In this document: positions 1 through 10,176 of the stretch, piece after piece
How positions within the stretch are numbered: position 1 is the stretch's first letter
How the letters are laid out: each line of letters starts with the position of its first letter
NCBI GenBank assembly: GCA_965208835.1
Contig: OZ242358.1
Location: 4,800,001-4,864,000, forward strand
Reading direction: 5' to 3'
DNA from: Candidatus Latescibacterota bacterium
GTDB lineage: Bacteria; Latescibacterota; UBA2968; GCA-2709665
Length of the DNA stretch: 64,000 nt
Position numbers and translations under genes: made by a program
Notes under the pieces: model-generated
What the model was told of the DNA's origin: nothing
The model's database searches: none
What the model saw: the letters and a program-made list of their open reading frames with translations, nothing else

Positions 1-75
1 CCTGATTGCCGACTTTAGTGGATTTCGTCTTTCGTGAGAATATGCATTCGCCGCCGTTCCCTAAGTGAGGTGGCG

Positions 76-1494
76 TCACGCCTCTTCCTTATGCGCGGCG
101 GCGGGTTGTTTCTTGTCCCACGGGGCGATCGATTCGAAGGCCGCGGAGGCGCGGAGCACGCCCGCGTCGTCGCGCCATCGGCCTGCAATCTGAAGGCCCA
201 CCGGCAGACCGTCGCCGGCAAAGCCGGCCGGGACCGTGGCAGCAGGCTGCCCGGTGATGTTGAACGGGTAGGTATAGGCTGTCCAGCCGAGGTAGCTGGT
301 CGGTTGCCCCGTGATATCCCCCGGTTGATCGCGGCCGGCGGCAAAGGCTGTAACCGGAAGCGTGGGGCAGAGAAACAGGTCGTAGGCGCTCATGAACTCA
401 CGCCATCCGTGGTAGTAGTCATTGCGCCGGGCGTAGGCGGTTGCCAGTTCGGCCCCGGAGACGGATTTCCCCTTTTCGATCACGGCGACGAGGCCGGCGT
501 CCAGGAGGTCCCTGACGTCGTCCAGGTTGTCCTTGAACACGCCCGCGAACGAAGCGGACCAGATCGTGTCAGCAATGTCCCAGGGGTCGGGCAGTCCGGG
601 ATGTGCCTCTTCGACGCGACAGCCGAGCTCCTGAAATCGAACAGCCGCTCCTGCCGCGATCGACAGGACTTCGGGATCGCCGCGGACGTAACCGAGATCG
701 GGAGACCAGGCTACGCGCAAGCCAGCGATATCGCCTTCCATTTCCAGGAGGTAATCGGTGGAATCGGGCAGCGAAAGGCGGTCCATGGGGTGTGCGCCGG
801 CCATGGCCGTGAGCATCAACGCGGCATCTTTCACGGTGCGGGTGACGGGGCCGGCGTGCGAGAGCAACTCGACCACACTGGCCGGGTACTGGGGAACACG
901 ACCCCAGGACGGCTTGAGTCCGTACAGTCCGCAGAAGCTGCACGGGATGCGAATGGATCCGGCTCCGTCCGTTCCCTGGGCAATCGGTCCCATACCCAGG
1001 CCAACGGCGGCCGCGGCGCCTCCGCTGGATCCGCCGGCTGTACGGCCGTACATCCAGGGATTGTGCACCGGACCGTTGATCCGGTTTCCCGAGTCACCCT
1101 TCCAGCCGAGTTCGGGGGTGGTTGTCTTGCCGAGCAGGACCATCCCGGCGTTTGACAGGCGTTCCGCCAGCGGCGCGTCGTAATCGGGCACCCAGTTCTT
1201 GTAGAGCAGGGATCCCCGGGCGGTGCGGATACCCCTGGTGGGGGTAAGATCCTTGAGTGAGCCGGGGACGCCGGCCAGAATTCCGGCCTCTCCTCTCATA
1301 TAGGCGCGTTCGGCACGAACTGCCTGTTCCACGGCGCGTTCGTGGGTGACTGTGACGAAGGGGTTAAAGGTGTGGTTCAACCGTTCAATCCGGTCCAGTA
1401 CGGCACGCGTAACCTCGACAGGCGAGAGTTCCCGCTTTTGATACAGGTTTCGCAGTTCGACCGCCGGGAGACGGCAAAGATCGGCTGAATTCAT
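76..1494 (-). CDS. Amidase signature family protein (GatA-like amidase)
   Basis: GGSSGG, GTDGAGSIRIP and LGKTTTPE amidase-signature motifs; 472 aa. Confidence 0.9.
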   Translation of the reverse strand: MNSADLCRLPAVELRNLYQKRELSPVEVTRAVLDRIERLNHTFNPFVTVTHERAVEQAVRAERAYMRGEAGILAGVPGSLKDLTPTRGIRTARGSLLYKNWVPDYDAPLAERLSNAGMVLLGKTTTPELGWKGDSGNRINGPVHNPWMYGRTAGGSSGGAAAAVGLGMGPIAQGTDGAGSIRIPCSFCGLYGLKPSWGRVPQYPASVVELLSHAGPVTRTVKDAALMLTAMAGAHPMDRLSLPDSTDYLLEMEGDIAGLRVAWSPDLGYVRGDPEVLSIAAGAAVRFQELGCRVEEAHPGLPDPWDIADTIWSASFAGVFKDNLDDVRDLLDAGLVAVIEKGKSVSGAELATAYARRNDYYHGWREFMSAYDLFLCPTLPVTAFAAGRDQPGDITGQPTSYLGWTAYTYPFNITGQPAATVPAGFAGDGLPVGLQIAGRWRDDAGVLRASAAFESIAPWDKKQPAAAHKEEA

Positions 1495-2165
1495 CCTTCC
1501 GCTCCGGGTTTGGAACGACCCTTCGCCGGGGCCGGCAGCGATGAACGGAACGGGTGGCCCAGGAGCGCCAGCAACTGCGAGACCAGGCGATATGAAATGC
1601 CCCAGAGGACACGCTGGCGCGGACCCGGCAGATCGATCGTGGAGAAGCGGCGTTTCGCGTCGTCGATCCGAAAGCTGCGCTCACGATGGCGCCCGGCGTC
1701 GGCGAGAACGTCCAACTGTACCCAGAAAGCGGCTTTGACCTCGTGGTTCGGATGAAGTCGATCTCTGGTTTCGACGTTGTAGACGAAACCCGACACGAGA
1801 ATGGGAAGGGTAGCGCCGGTGACGTCGTCCAGTCGACCGAGGTACTCCGCCTTCGCGAGATCCAGGCCGACTTCCTCCCGCGTCTCGCGCTCCGCGGCCG
1901 TTCGCGAGTTCACGTCGACAGGTTCCACCCTGCCCCCCGGGAACGCGACGTGGCCCGACCACGGATCGTCATCGCGCAGCGACCGCTCGATGAACAGCAG
2001 GTGAACGGATTCCTCCCGTTGATGCAGGACCATTGCGACGGCCGCGCGGGCTCTGTCTCCGGAGGCCAGATGCGGGCGATATCCGGCGAGGCGCCGGCGG
2101 ATTTCCGCAATCGAAGTCAGGTAGCCCCGGTCCGGGTTTCCGTGTATCGCGCGCTTTCCCGTCAT
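1491..2165 (-). CDS. NUDIX hydrolase, CoA pyrophosphatase-like
   Basis: SGHVAFPGG plus Nudix box GGRVEPVDVNSRTAAERETREEVG; start moved to ATG at 2165, which overlaps the upstream stop. Confidence 0.85.
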   Translation of the reverse strand: MTGKRAIHGNPDRGYLTSIAEIRRRLAGYRPHLASGDRARAAVAMVLHQREESVHLLFIERSLRDDDPWSGHVAFPGGRVEPVDVNSRTAAERETREEVGLDLAKAEYLGRLDDVTGATLPILVSGFVYNVETRDRLHPNHEVKAAFWVQLDVLADAGRHRERSFRIDDAKRRFSTIDLPGPRQRVLWGISYRLVSQLLALLGHPFRSSLPAPAKGRSKPGAEG

Positions 2166-2719
2166 CTGGATGGTTTGTGTTCGCGAAACCGGTTGTAGAC
2201 AAGAAAACCGAGGCCGAAGCCGGCGTTGACCAGCACCGGAACGCGGTAGATGCTGACGACGTCGTACCTGAACACGGCTCCGGAAGCGCCGGCGGAAACA
2301 ATCAGAAAAGACAGGAGGATAAGGGCCTTGCAGATTACCGGCGGCGCAAGGGCCGCGGTTACGATACACAGGAGCGCCGAGTGGAAGATAAGGAAGCCGG
2401 CGTAGCCGTTTCGAACGGCCATGTCGAATTCCCAATCGTACCGGAAAGCCCAGACCAGGTAGACGTGCGCGACGGCAACCAGCGCAACCAGGGCGATAGC
2501 CGGGCGGCTGAACGTACCCCTGGCTGTAAGTACCAGATTCGCAGACAGCCCGAGATAACCCAGAAAGGCCAGAAGGAAGGTGAATTTTTCGAGCGTCAAG
2601 TCGAGGTCGTTGTCGGCGTAAAAGCGCGTCGCGGATGCAAAAACCGCTGGACAGCACGGTGGGAAGACGATCGTTATGACGAAATCGCCCGTGCAGACGT
2701 CCGGCCGCCGGCGCAACAT
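2162..2719 (-). CDS. Hypothetical membrane protein (true start probably near 2599)
   Basis: Several hydrophobic helices; stop overlaps the Nudix start (ATGA). Confidence 0.6.
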   Translation of the reverse strand: MLRRRPDVCTGDFVITIVFPPCCPAVFASATRFYADNDLDLTLEKFTFLLAFLGYLGLSANLVLTARGTFSRPAIALVALVAVAHVYLVWAFRYDWEFDMAVRNGYAGFLIFHSALLCIVTAALAPPVICKALILLSFLIVSAGASGAVFRYDVVSIYRVPVLVNAGFGLGFLVYNRFREHKPSR

Positions 2720-2788
2720 GGCCCTTGGTCTGCATTAAACAGACGACTCTAACGTCAAACGGAATGTTCAGGGAGTGGGATTATAACT

Positions 2789-2891
2789 AACAGCCCGTTG
2801 ATAAAGCCCGTCCGGGCTACGGCCGGCCCTTGCGGTCGAAATACTGCGTTGCTCGGCCTCGCCTGCAGAGCGACTTTATCAACGGACTGCT
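2789..2891. mobile_element. MITE family B copy 1 (103 bp)
   Basis: About 18-bp imperfect TIRs AACAGCCCGTTGATAAAG ... CTTTATCAACGGACTGCT; interior shared with 20365-20514. Confidence 0.8.
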
Positions 2892-2948
2892 TTTCTGGAG
2901 GCGCGCCGGCGCGGGTGGATGACACGCCGGGTGTTCTGCTTCGTGTAC

Positions 2949-4163
2949 TTATTCTCCGGTGTCAACGGGGTTTTTGATGCGATCGATCTTGTCCTCGCAG
3001 TACTTTTTGAATTTCCGGTCTCCGAGACCCTTCCGGTAGCTTCGTATCGCTTTTTCCTTCCATCCCTGCGGCCGCCACGCGTCGTATACGTCGCCCATGA
3101 TGACGTACGCCGGCACCCCGTACCTTCCGCTCGAGGTGGCTCGTCTGGCGTAGTTGAGGGCGTTCTGGTACTGTTTGAGTTCGAAATAGGCGACCGCCGC
3201 CCTGTACTGGGCTTCGCTGTCTCGGGAGTTCAGCGCGAGCGCCTGCTGATACGCGGACACCGCACTCTTGTAGTTCTTACCCAACGCGTGGGAGTGTCCC
3301 AGCGCGGCGTAGATCCTGACTTTGTCTCTGTTGGTGGGGGCTACCGCCACGGCTTTTCTGAGCGTGGATACGGCCCTGGAAAATTGCTTCGTTCGGTTAA
3401 ATACGACCGCCAGGTTGCGATAGGCGTTGATATTCTTCTTGTCTTTACAGTTCGGATCGCTGTCGATCGCCCGGCCGTAACTCTGGATCGCCTTGCTGTT
3501 TCTCTTGGTGAGCCGATACAGGTCGCCCAGTTGTCGATGGGCCTTGGCGTACTTGGGGTTGAGCTCAACGGCCGTTGTAAAAGCATTCTCCGCCTGTTTG
3601 TATTTTCGGGCTTGTTTGGCGGCCAAACCCAGATTGTAGTAGTTGGTGGCATCCGTGGGATCGAGTTGTGTTGCGTTCTCGTATTCCTCGATGGCTTTCC
3701 TGTAGTTCTTCCTGAGCAGGTAGTCCCTGCCGTTCCTTGAATAGGCTGCTTTAAGGAGATCTCGTGCGTTGCCGTTCTGAAAATCGCCGTCGAGATTCAG
3801 CACCGCCTTGAACGCCGCCTGCGCGTCCTTGTACTTTTTCAGATTGTAGAAAAGGTTCCCCAGTTCGTAATGGGCTTCAACGTAATCCGGCTTTACCGTA
3901 GTGGCCATTCGGAAATTGGCGATGGCTTTGTCGGAATCCTTGAGTTTCTGGTAGGTTTTGGCCATGCCTCGATAGGCCTGGGCATTGTTGCCATCCAGTT
4001 TAACGGCTTCTTCGAACGCCTGAAGGGCTTGCTGATAACGCCTTTTTTCGAAAAGGGCCTGACCGGCGTTGTATTTTTCCGCCGATTCCGGAGCTACTTG
4101 AGCCCACGCGGGCTGGTAGCATAGAAGGCACAACAGCAGGAGCAATGACTGTCGACAACCCAT
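2949..4163 (-). CDS. Secreted tetratricopeptide repeat protein
   Basis: Signal peptide followed by multiple TPR motifs (AYRGMA, AHYELG, YYNLG). Confidence 0.85.
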   Translation of the reverse strand: MGCRQSLLLLLCLLCYQPAWAQVAPESAEKYNAGQALFEKRRYQQALQAFEEAVKLDGNNAQAYRGMAKTYQKLKDSDKAIANFRMATTVKPDYVEAHYELGNLFYNLKKYKDAQAAFKAVLNLDGDFQNGNARDLLKAAYSRNGRDYLLRKNYRKAIEEYENATQLDPTDATNYYNLGLAAKQARKYKQAENAFTTAVELNPKYAKAHRQLGDLYRLTKRNSKAIQSYGRAIDSDPNCKDKKNINAYRNLAVVFNRTKQFSRAVSTLRKAVAVAPTNRDKVRIYAALGHSHALGKNYKSAVSAYQQALALNSRDSEAQYRAAVAYFELKQYQNALNYARRATSSGRYGVPAYVIMGDVYDAWRPQGWKEKAIRSYRKGLGDRKFKKYCEDKIDRIKNPVDTGE

Positions 4164-4322
4164 ATCAGGTGATCCTCTCGAGATTGCAGGTTAACGGAAA
4201 TGCGATTTTCGAAGCGTTAATATTGCCAAATCCCGTGACGATGTCAATCGTTTCGGACATGCGGAAAGGCCACCACCGGTTGTGTGATGGCCTCCGTCGC
4301 GTTTGTTCTGTCCTGTCGGGGT

Positions 4323-4994
4323 TCAATCGTGGAGTTTAAACTTAATGGCCTGGGTCATCCAGACATTCACGGGCTTGTCGTTCTGGATTGCCGGTTTGAA
4401 TACGAACTGTCTGACCGCATCTATGGCCGCCTGCCTGAAGATTTCCTGGCCCCTTAACACCTGAACCTTGGCCGTCCGACCGTCTCTGCGCACCATGAAC
4501 TTGACGAAAACATTGCCCTCCAACCCTGCCTTGCGCGCGATTTCGGGGTATTTGGGCTGGACCCCCTTGATCATTTCCGGTTTCTCCTCCACGCTCCAGA
4601 ACTCCATCACTTCTTCTTCCATGGGCGCTTCAGTGGCGCCCGGAGGAGGAGGAGGCAGGTCTACGGGGGCCTGATCCAGGTCGAGGTCGGTCGTTTCGAT
4701 GGTAACGTCGTCGGGTACGTCGTCGCTCTCGGTTTCAACCGGCATGGCCGGCCGAGGAGGAGGGGGAGGCCGCTGAATCTGGCGCGTTTCCGGGATCTCC
4801 TCCATCTGGATGATGATCTGGTCTTTTTTGCCCGCCGAGGCCCGTATATCGAACGTGGGAAAAAGGATTGCCATGATCAGGTGCATGGCGCAGGAGATAC
4901 CGACCGACGTCCAGAAGACCTTTGGATAACGCCTTCTGAGGTCGTGTTCAGGGTACTTCCTCCGGACGATGTCCTTCCCTCTGATATAGGCCAT
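4323..4994 (-). CDS. tonB: Energy transducer TonB
   Basis: N-terminal TM helix, Pro-rich linker, C-terminal YPEIARKAGLEG...FKPA domain; start at MAYIRG. Confidence 0.85.
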   Translation of the reverse strand: MAYIRGKDIVRRKYPEHDLRRRYPKVFWTSVGISCAMHLIMAILFPTFDIRASAGKKDQIIIQMEEIPETRQIQRPPPPPRPAMPVETESDDVPDDVTIETTDLDLDQAPVDLPPPPPGATEAPMEEEVMEFWSVEEKPEMIKGVQPKYPEIARKAGLEGNVFVKFMVRRDGRTAKVQVLRGQEIFRQAAIDAVRQFVFKPAIQNDKPVNVWMTQAIKFKLHD

Positions 4995-4999
4995 ATGCG

Positions 5000-5410
5000 T
5001 TACCTCTCCCGATCGGTGGCAAAGTTGACGCGGAGCGCATCGGCTTTGCGAAGTTCTTCGATCACTTGTGACACCAGCCCGTAGGGCGCCCGCGTATCGC
5101 ACTTGAGCGAAACGATCAGCCGCGGGTTCTGCACCCGGCGTTCGTAGAAGATGGGAGCGACCTGATTGACCTGGGCGATCTTGTCGTCTATGTAGACCTT
5201 CCGGTCCGCGGAAATCCAGACATAGGATATGTGGCGACGCGTCTTGATTTCCTCGACCTTTTCAGCCCTGGGCAATACGATCCCCGTGACCCGGTAGCGG
5301 ACGAAGACCGTCGTGACCATGAAAAAGATCAGAAGGAGAAAGGCGATATCCGCCATCGAACCTGTCGGAATGGACGTATGTACCCCTGATTTTTTTGAAA
5401 AATCCGCCAT
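5000..5410 (-). CDS. exbD: Biopolymer transporter ExbD/TolR
   Basis: SMADIAFLLLIFFMVTT TM helix with the conserved Asp. Confidence 0.85.
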   Translation of the reverse strand: MADFSKKSGVHTSIPTGSMADIAFLLLIFFMVTTVFVRYRVTGIVLPRAEKVEEIKTRRHISYVWISADRKVYIDDKIAQVNQVAPIFYERRVQNPRLIVSLKCDTRAPYGLVSQVIEELRKADALRVNFATDRER

Positions 5411-5437
5411 GCTGAGAACTCCTGTTGCCGGACGAAC

Positions 5438-5854
5438 CTACTTTTCCGGGGATGCTAAAGAGATCCGCGTTGCACCCGAAAGCTTGATCTCATCCAGGAC
5501 GTCGATGAATGCGTTGTACGGCGTCTCCTCGTCCGCCTTGAGAGAAACGATCAGCTTGTCGTTTTCGCTCAGGCGCCGCTCGATGTCGGCCCGCAGCTGC
5601 CCCAGAGGAACTTCCTGCTCCAGGTTGATCAGGATATCACCGGCGGCATTCACCCAGACGTTGCAGATATTCTTCTTCTGGATCTTCTTGTTTTCTCCGG
5701 CGGGCGGAAGCTGCATGCCGATGCCCTTGTCCTGGTTCATCGTGGTGGTCACCAGGAAGAAGACAATAAGCAGAAAGGCGATGTCCGCCATCGACGAAGT
5801 CGGGATTTCAGGATTGGACTTGTTCCGCCTTGCCAGCTGTGGCTTGTTCGCCAT
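5438..5854 (-). CDS. exbD: Biopolymer transporter ExbD/TolR (second paralog)
   Basis: SMADIAFLLIVFFLVTT and LKADEETPY motifs. Confidence 0.85.
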   Translation of the reverse strand: MANKPQLARRNKSNPEIPTSSMADIAFLLIVFFLVTTTMNQDKGIGMQLPPAGENKKIQKKNICNVWVNAAGDILINLEQEVPLGQLRADIERRLSENDKLIVSLKADEETPYNAFIDVLDEIKLSGATRISLASPEK

Positions 5855-5857
5855 GGC

Positions 5858-6484
5858 TCACTCTCCCGCGGGCTTGTCGTAGCCGGCCTGGATCAGTTCG
5901 TCTATGAACTGAGAGGAACTCTCCTGCATGTCGATGATGATCTTGTCGATCTTGGAGACGAAAAGGTTGTGCAATGCCTGAATCGGAATGGCGATAACCA
6001 GGCCGGAGGCGGTGGTGATGAGCGCTTCCGAAATACCGGCGGCCACGATGCTGGGCTCTACGTCGCCGGCTTTTGCAATGGCGTCGAAGGCGCTGATCAT
6101 ACCGCTCACGGTGCCCAGGAACCCGAGCAGCGGCGCGATATTGGCTACGGTGGATAACCAGACCATGCCTTTTTCCAGAAAGGCCATCTCGATGGCGCCT
6201 GATTCTTCAATGGCCTTTTCCACGTGTTCGAGCCCCCGGTCCAGACGGAGAAGGCCGGCGTGGAGAACCGAGGCGACCGGGCCGCGGTGACTTGCGCAGA
6301 CCTCAGCGACGCCCTCCGGCCCACGCTGCTTGAGCGCTTCCTGAACCGCGGTGAAAAACTCCCGCGTGTCGATTGATGACCGCCACAGCGACCAGAAACG
6401 TTCGATACTGACCGCAATACCGAAAAGCAGCATCAGCAGAAGCGGGTGCATGAAGGGCCCGCCATTTACATAAAGTTCAACCAT
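5858..6484 (-). CDS. exbB: MotA/TolQ/ExbB proton channel protein
   Basis: APLLGFLGTVSGMI and GISEALITTASGLVIAIP motifs. Confidence 0.9.
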   Translation of the reverse strand: MVELYVNGGPFMHPLLLMLLFGIAVSIERFWSLWRSSIDTREFFTAVQEALKQRGPEGVAEVCASHRGPVASVLHAGLLRLDRGLEHVEKAIEESGAIEMAFLEKGMVWLSTVANIAPLLGFLGTVSGMISAFDAIAKAGDVEPSIVAAGISEALITTASGLVIAIPIQALHNLFVSKIDKIIIDMQESSSQFIDELIQAGYDKPAGE

Positions 6485-6671
6485 GCTTCAATCCCCCAGT
6501 TGATGTGAATATTCGCTGCGGTGGAATAACGCGCGCAAGAAGCGCATTTCGTCGACAATCGCTGGCGATCTGATTCGGGATCCCGGACGGTCCGTGAGCC
6601 CCGGCCATTTGAAGATCGCTACGACGACGAAAGAATCAAAAATCGATCGCACTTCCAAAGAACCGTATGAG

Positions 6672-7880
6672 TTACTTTTTCCCTTCGATATCGACCTCCT
6701 CCTCTTTCTTCTTCTTGAAGAACTCAAGCCTCTTCTTCTCCTCCTCGGACATGGGAGGGTCGATTTCATCGATCATTCGTTTGGCGTTTCCTTCCCAAAG
6801 AGGATCCTTGCGCGCCCTCTTGAACCACTTCAGCGCACTGACGGAATCCCGCGCGGCATTGGACTTTTTCCACCTCTTGTAATGGAACTCGCCCCTCATG
6901 TAGTTGAATTTTCCGTTTCCCGGATCCAGTCTGAGCCCTCTGTCGACCAGGTTGATTTCGCCGGTCAGGTCGGCGAGCTGTTCCACGACGCCCAGGTTAT
7001 CGGGCTGGAGCCTGAACATCTTCCTCAGGATGTTGATTTGAAACCGTCTGGATTTGTTCAGCTGTTTTCCAAGATTATGCAACTGGTCTAAATAAAGGAA
7101 ATCTTCCGGGCTGTGGGCATGGAGTTTCTCATACGCGTTGAACGCCTTCTGGACCATGCCCATACGGACGTACAGCTTGGCGAGATTGTCGAGCGTGGCG
7201 TAATCTTCGGGGTTTATTTCCAGAAGCCGCTCCATCTCCTTGAGGGCTTCGTCTTCGTCTCCCATATGAAGCGTGAGCTTCGCGATCGCATCCTGAACGT
7301 CGGGGTTTTCCGGTTCCAGTTCGCCCCAGCGGCGTGTATGCTTCAATGCCGAGTCGTAATCTTCCGTTTCGATGTAGAGCGCGACCAGTTGATGCAGGTA
7401 TTGAATCTCCTGTACCGGTTTCTTGGCGATGGCCAGAAGCTTTTCGTAAACCTCGATAGCCTCCTCCAGCATTCCTTCCTGCACGTATAGCTGACCCAGA
7501 TAGTATAGCGCATTTCGCGCATTTGGACCCTCTGGATTCAGTTCGATTGCCTTCTTGAACCAGGCAATCGCGTCCTCGGGTTTTTCCGTCTCATTGTACA
7601 ACTTGCCCAGGTAGTACGCGGTTTGGGCATTCCGAGGATTGAAGTCCCAGGATTTCGTCAGTTGCACCTGGGCGTCATCGTATTGTTTGTTGTCCAGATA
7701 TCGCTTGCCGAAATAAACGTGCTTCCTTGACATCGCCCCCGAATCAACGGGCGCCTCGCGCGGCTTGTGCTTGTGCTGGTCCTTCTTCGACTTCCGTCTG
7801 GCCTCGGCCGGCGAAAACAGGCCCAGCAACAGAAAACCGCAGAGAAAGACAACGACGCCGTCCGAAAGCCTGAATTTCAT
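6672..7880 (-). CDS. Secreted tetratricopeptide repeat protein
   Basis: Signal peptide plus TPR motifs (AYYLGKLY, ALYYLGQLY). Confidence 0.8.
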   Translation of the reverse strand: MKFRLSDGVVVFLCGFLLLGLFSPAEARRKSKKDQHKHKPREAPVDSGAMSRKHVYFGKRYLDNKQYDDAQVQLTKSWDFNPRNAQTAYYLGKLYNETEKPEDAIAWFKKAIELNPEGPNARNALYYLGQLYVQEGMLEEAIEVYEKLLAIAKKPVQEIQYLHQLVALYIETEDYDSALKHTRRWGELEPENPDVQDAIAKLTLHMGDEDEALKEMERLLEINPEDYATLDNLAKLYVRMGMVQKAFNAYEKLHAHSPEDFLYLDQLHNLGKQLNKSRRFQINILRKMFRLQPDNLGVVEQLADLTGEINLVDRGLRLDPGNGKFNYMRGEFHYKRWKKSNAARDSVSALKWFKRARKDPLWEGNAKRMIDEIDPPMSEEEKKRLEFFKKKKEEEVDIEGKK

Positions 7881-7980
7881 GACAACAACTCCTCGACGAT
7901 ACAGCCTCGCAGCACCGTCGATTCAGCGTAAATCGCTGGTACCAAGACGCATAGACACCTGCAACACTTAGAAACATAGA

Positions 7981-8009
7981 AATCTAACGAATAGGAAAAT
8001 GGATGTCAA
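7981..8009 (-). promoter_or_regulatory. Sigma70-type promoter for the TPR-exbBD-tonB operon
   Basis: TTGACA-17 bp-TAGATT on the minus strand. Confidence 0.6.
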
Positions 8010-8114
8010 GGCAAAATCCATACCTGTTTATTACGATTCCATTTGAATTCGTGGACGCGTTGAGACGAAGGCTGAACCGGAATTTCACCCCAGACTATGC
8101 TCGCCACATGCATG

Positions 8115-8143
8115 TTGACACGACCCCCGTAATCCCGTATATT
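8115..8143 (+). promoter_or_regulatory. Sigma70-type promoter upstream of the guaB leader
   Basis: TTGACA-17 bp-TATATT. Confidence 0.65.
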
Positions 8144-8295
8144 GCAGGACTCGTCAGACGGATGGACTATCGTTGCATTCGCACCCGGAGTTTCTCAATG
8201 CGCGACAGAATGCTTGGCGTCAGAAAAAGGTCTTCTCCGCCCGCTTTGAACCGCGCGCGGCGGAGGCGCCCGGCCTTGTAACGGGAAGTTGTGCG

Positions 8296-8327
8296 AACCC
8301 CTTGACACGTGTGTCAAGGGGTTTCTT
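8296..8327 (+). terminator. Hairpin / intrinsic terminator in the guaB 5' leader
   Basis: AACCCCTTGACAC-GT-GTGTCAAGGGGTT followed by TCTT. Confidence 0.6.
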
Positions 8328-8389
8328 GTATCCGGATATGATGTAATTGCCCAGCGTAGATGCGCGGTTTTATTGGGAAGCTGTTCCAA

Positions 8390-8599
8390 GAAGCTGTTTT
8401 AAAATTACCGGTGAGTTCCCGAGCGCGAGCGAAAAAGTGGCGGTTAAGAGGCACGAGGGGCGCACAGCGCCGACGGGCAAATTCGCCTATGAGAGGCGAG
8501 CAAGCGCAGCCTCGATCTCGTACGACGGGTGGATTTGACCAACGCCGACCGGCGCTTTTGCAGCCGTGCGAAGACCGTTGGGAATTTTAAGACAGCTTC
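8390..8599 (+). mobile_element. MITE family A copy 1 (210 bp)
   Basis: 17-bp TIRs GAAGCTGTTTTAAAATT ... AATTTTAAGACAGCTTC; six related copies in the window. Confidence 0.9.
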
Positions 8600-8617
8600 T
8601 AAACCACGGAGACAATA

Positions 8618-10090
8618 ATGGACAGATCCACGGAAAAAATCGCCAAAGAGGGACTGACGTACGACGACGTGTTGTTGATTCCCGGCAAATCCGAAGTACT
8701 GCCCAATCAGGTGGATCTGACCACGCAGCTTACCCGCGGGATCAGGCTGAATATCCCTCTGGTCAGTGCCGCCATGGATACGGTTACCGAGGCCCGGCTC
8801 GCCATCGCCCTTGCCCAGGAGGGCGGGATCGGGATTGTCCACAGGAATCTGTCCGTCGAGGAACAGGCCGAAGAGGTGGCCAAGGTGAAACGGTCGGAAA
8901 GCGGTATGATCGTCGATCCGTTGACGCTTTCGCCGGACAACTATATCCGTGAAGCGCTGGAGATGATGTCCAAGTATCGGATTTCCGGAGTGCCGATCGT
9001 CGACGGCGGCACGAGACTTGTGGGCATCCTGACCAACCGGGACCTCAGGTTCGAAAAAAACGTGAACCGCAAGGTGTCCGACGTTATGACGCACAAGGGG
9101 CTGGTGACGGCCCGGTTGGGAATCTCTCTGGAAGAAGCGCAGGAGATTCTGCAGGAACATCGTATCGAGAAGCTGCCCGTTGTCGACGATAAGGGCGTCC
9201 TCAAGGGCCTGATCACCGTAAAGGATATCGAAAAGAAAATCCAGTATCCGAACGCGTGCAAAGACCGGCTCGGCAGGCTCCGCGTCGGTGCCGCGGTCGG
9301 GGTGGGAGGCGATCTGGAAACCCGGGTCGGAACGCTGGTCGACCGTGACGTGGACGTGATCGTCGTGGATACGGCGCATGGCCATTCCAGGGGTGTTCTC
9401 GAGGCCGTGGAACGCATCAAGAATGCCTTTCCGGAAACGGAAGTGATTGCCGGAAACATCGTGACGGCCGAAGCGGCGCGGGACCTGATTCTGGCCGGAA
9501 CGGATGCCGTCAAGGTGGGTATGGGGCCGTCGGCGAGCTGCACCACCCGGGTCATCGCCGGGGCCGGCGTACCCCAGGTATCGGCCATCATGGACTGCGC
9601 CGAGGTCGCGGAGAAGGCAGGCGTCCCTGCCATCGCGGACGGCGGAATCACCCAGTCGGGAGATATTACAAAGGCCATCGCGGCCGGCGCGAATTCCGTG
9701 ATGATCGGATTCCTGTTCGCAGGGACGGACGAGAGTCCCGGAGAGACGGTTATCTATCAGGGACGGACCTTCAAAGTGTATCGCGGCATGGGTTCTCTGG
9801 GCGCCATGCAACGTGGAAGCAGGGACAGATATTTCCAGGGAGGCGTCGAATCCAACAAGCTGGTTCCCGAAGGCATTGAAGGACAGGTGCCGTACAAGGG
9901 TTCCATCTCCGGTTTCATATATCAGCTGATTGGCGGGTTGAGGGCGGGCATGGGCTATTGCGGAACGAGAAACGTCCTGGAACTCCGGAGGAACGGTCGA
10001 TTCGTGAAAGTCTCGTCGGCCGGTGTCCGGGAAAGCCACGCGCACGACGTGTCGGTCACGAAAGAGGCGCCGAACTATCGGCTGGAGTAA
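8618..10090 (+). CDS. guaB: IMP dehydrogenase with CBS pair
   Basis: [25 protein letters not shown], catalytic CTTR, YRGMGS and RYFQ flap. Confidence 0.95.
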   Translation: MDRSTEKIAKEGLTYDDVLLIPGKSEVLPNQVDLTTQLTRGIRLNIPLVSAAMDTVTEARLAIALAQEGGIGIVHRNLSVEEQAEEVAKVKRSESGMIVDPLTLSPDNYIREALEMMSKYRISGVPIVDGGTRLVGILTNRDLRFEKNVNRKVSDVMTHKGLVTARLGISLEEAQEILQEHRIEKLPVVDDKGVLKGLITVKDIEKKIQYPNACKDRLGRLRVGAAVGVGGDLETRVGTLVDRDVDVIVVDTAHGHSRGVLEAVERIKNAFPETEVIAGNIVTAEAARDLILAGTDAVKVGMGPSASCTTRVIAGAGVPQVSAIMDCAEVAEKAGVPAIADGGITQSGDITKAIAAGANSVMIGFLFAGTDESPGETVIYQGRTFKVYRGMGSLGAMQRGSRDRYFQGGVESNKLVPEGIEGQVPYKGSISGFIYQLIGGLRAGMGYCGTRNVLELRRNGRFVKVSSAGVRESHAHDVSVTKEAPNYRLE

Positions 10091-10176
10091 GATTCAGGCG
10101 GCGGGAATGCATACGGCAGATGGTACTGTTACATCTGCCGTTTCACATGGTTTTCAATGGGGTTCCGGTATTGGGC

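Noticed and set aside
15-47. Short minus-strand ORF MHILTKDEIH after the amidase
   Set aside because: Stops after 10 codons at the window edge; cannot be evaluated.
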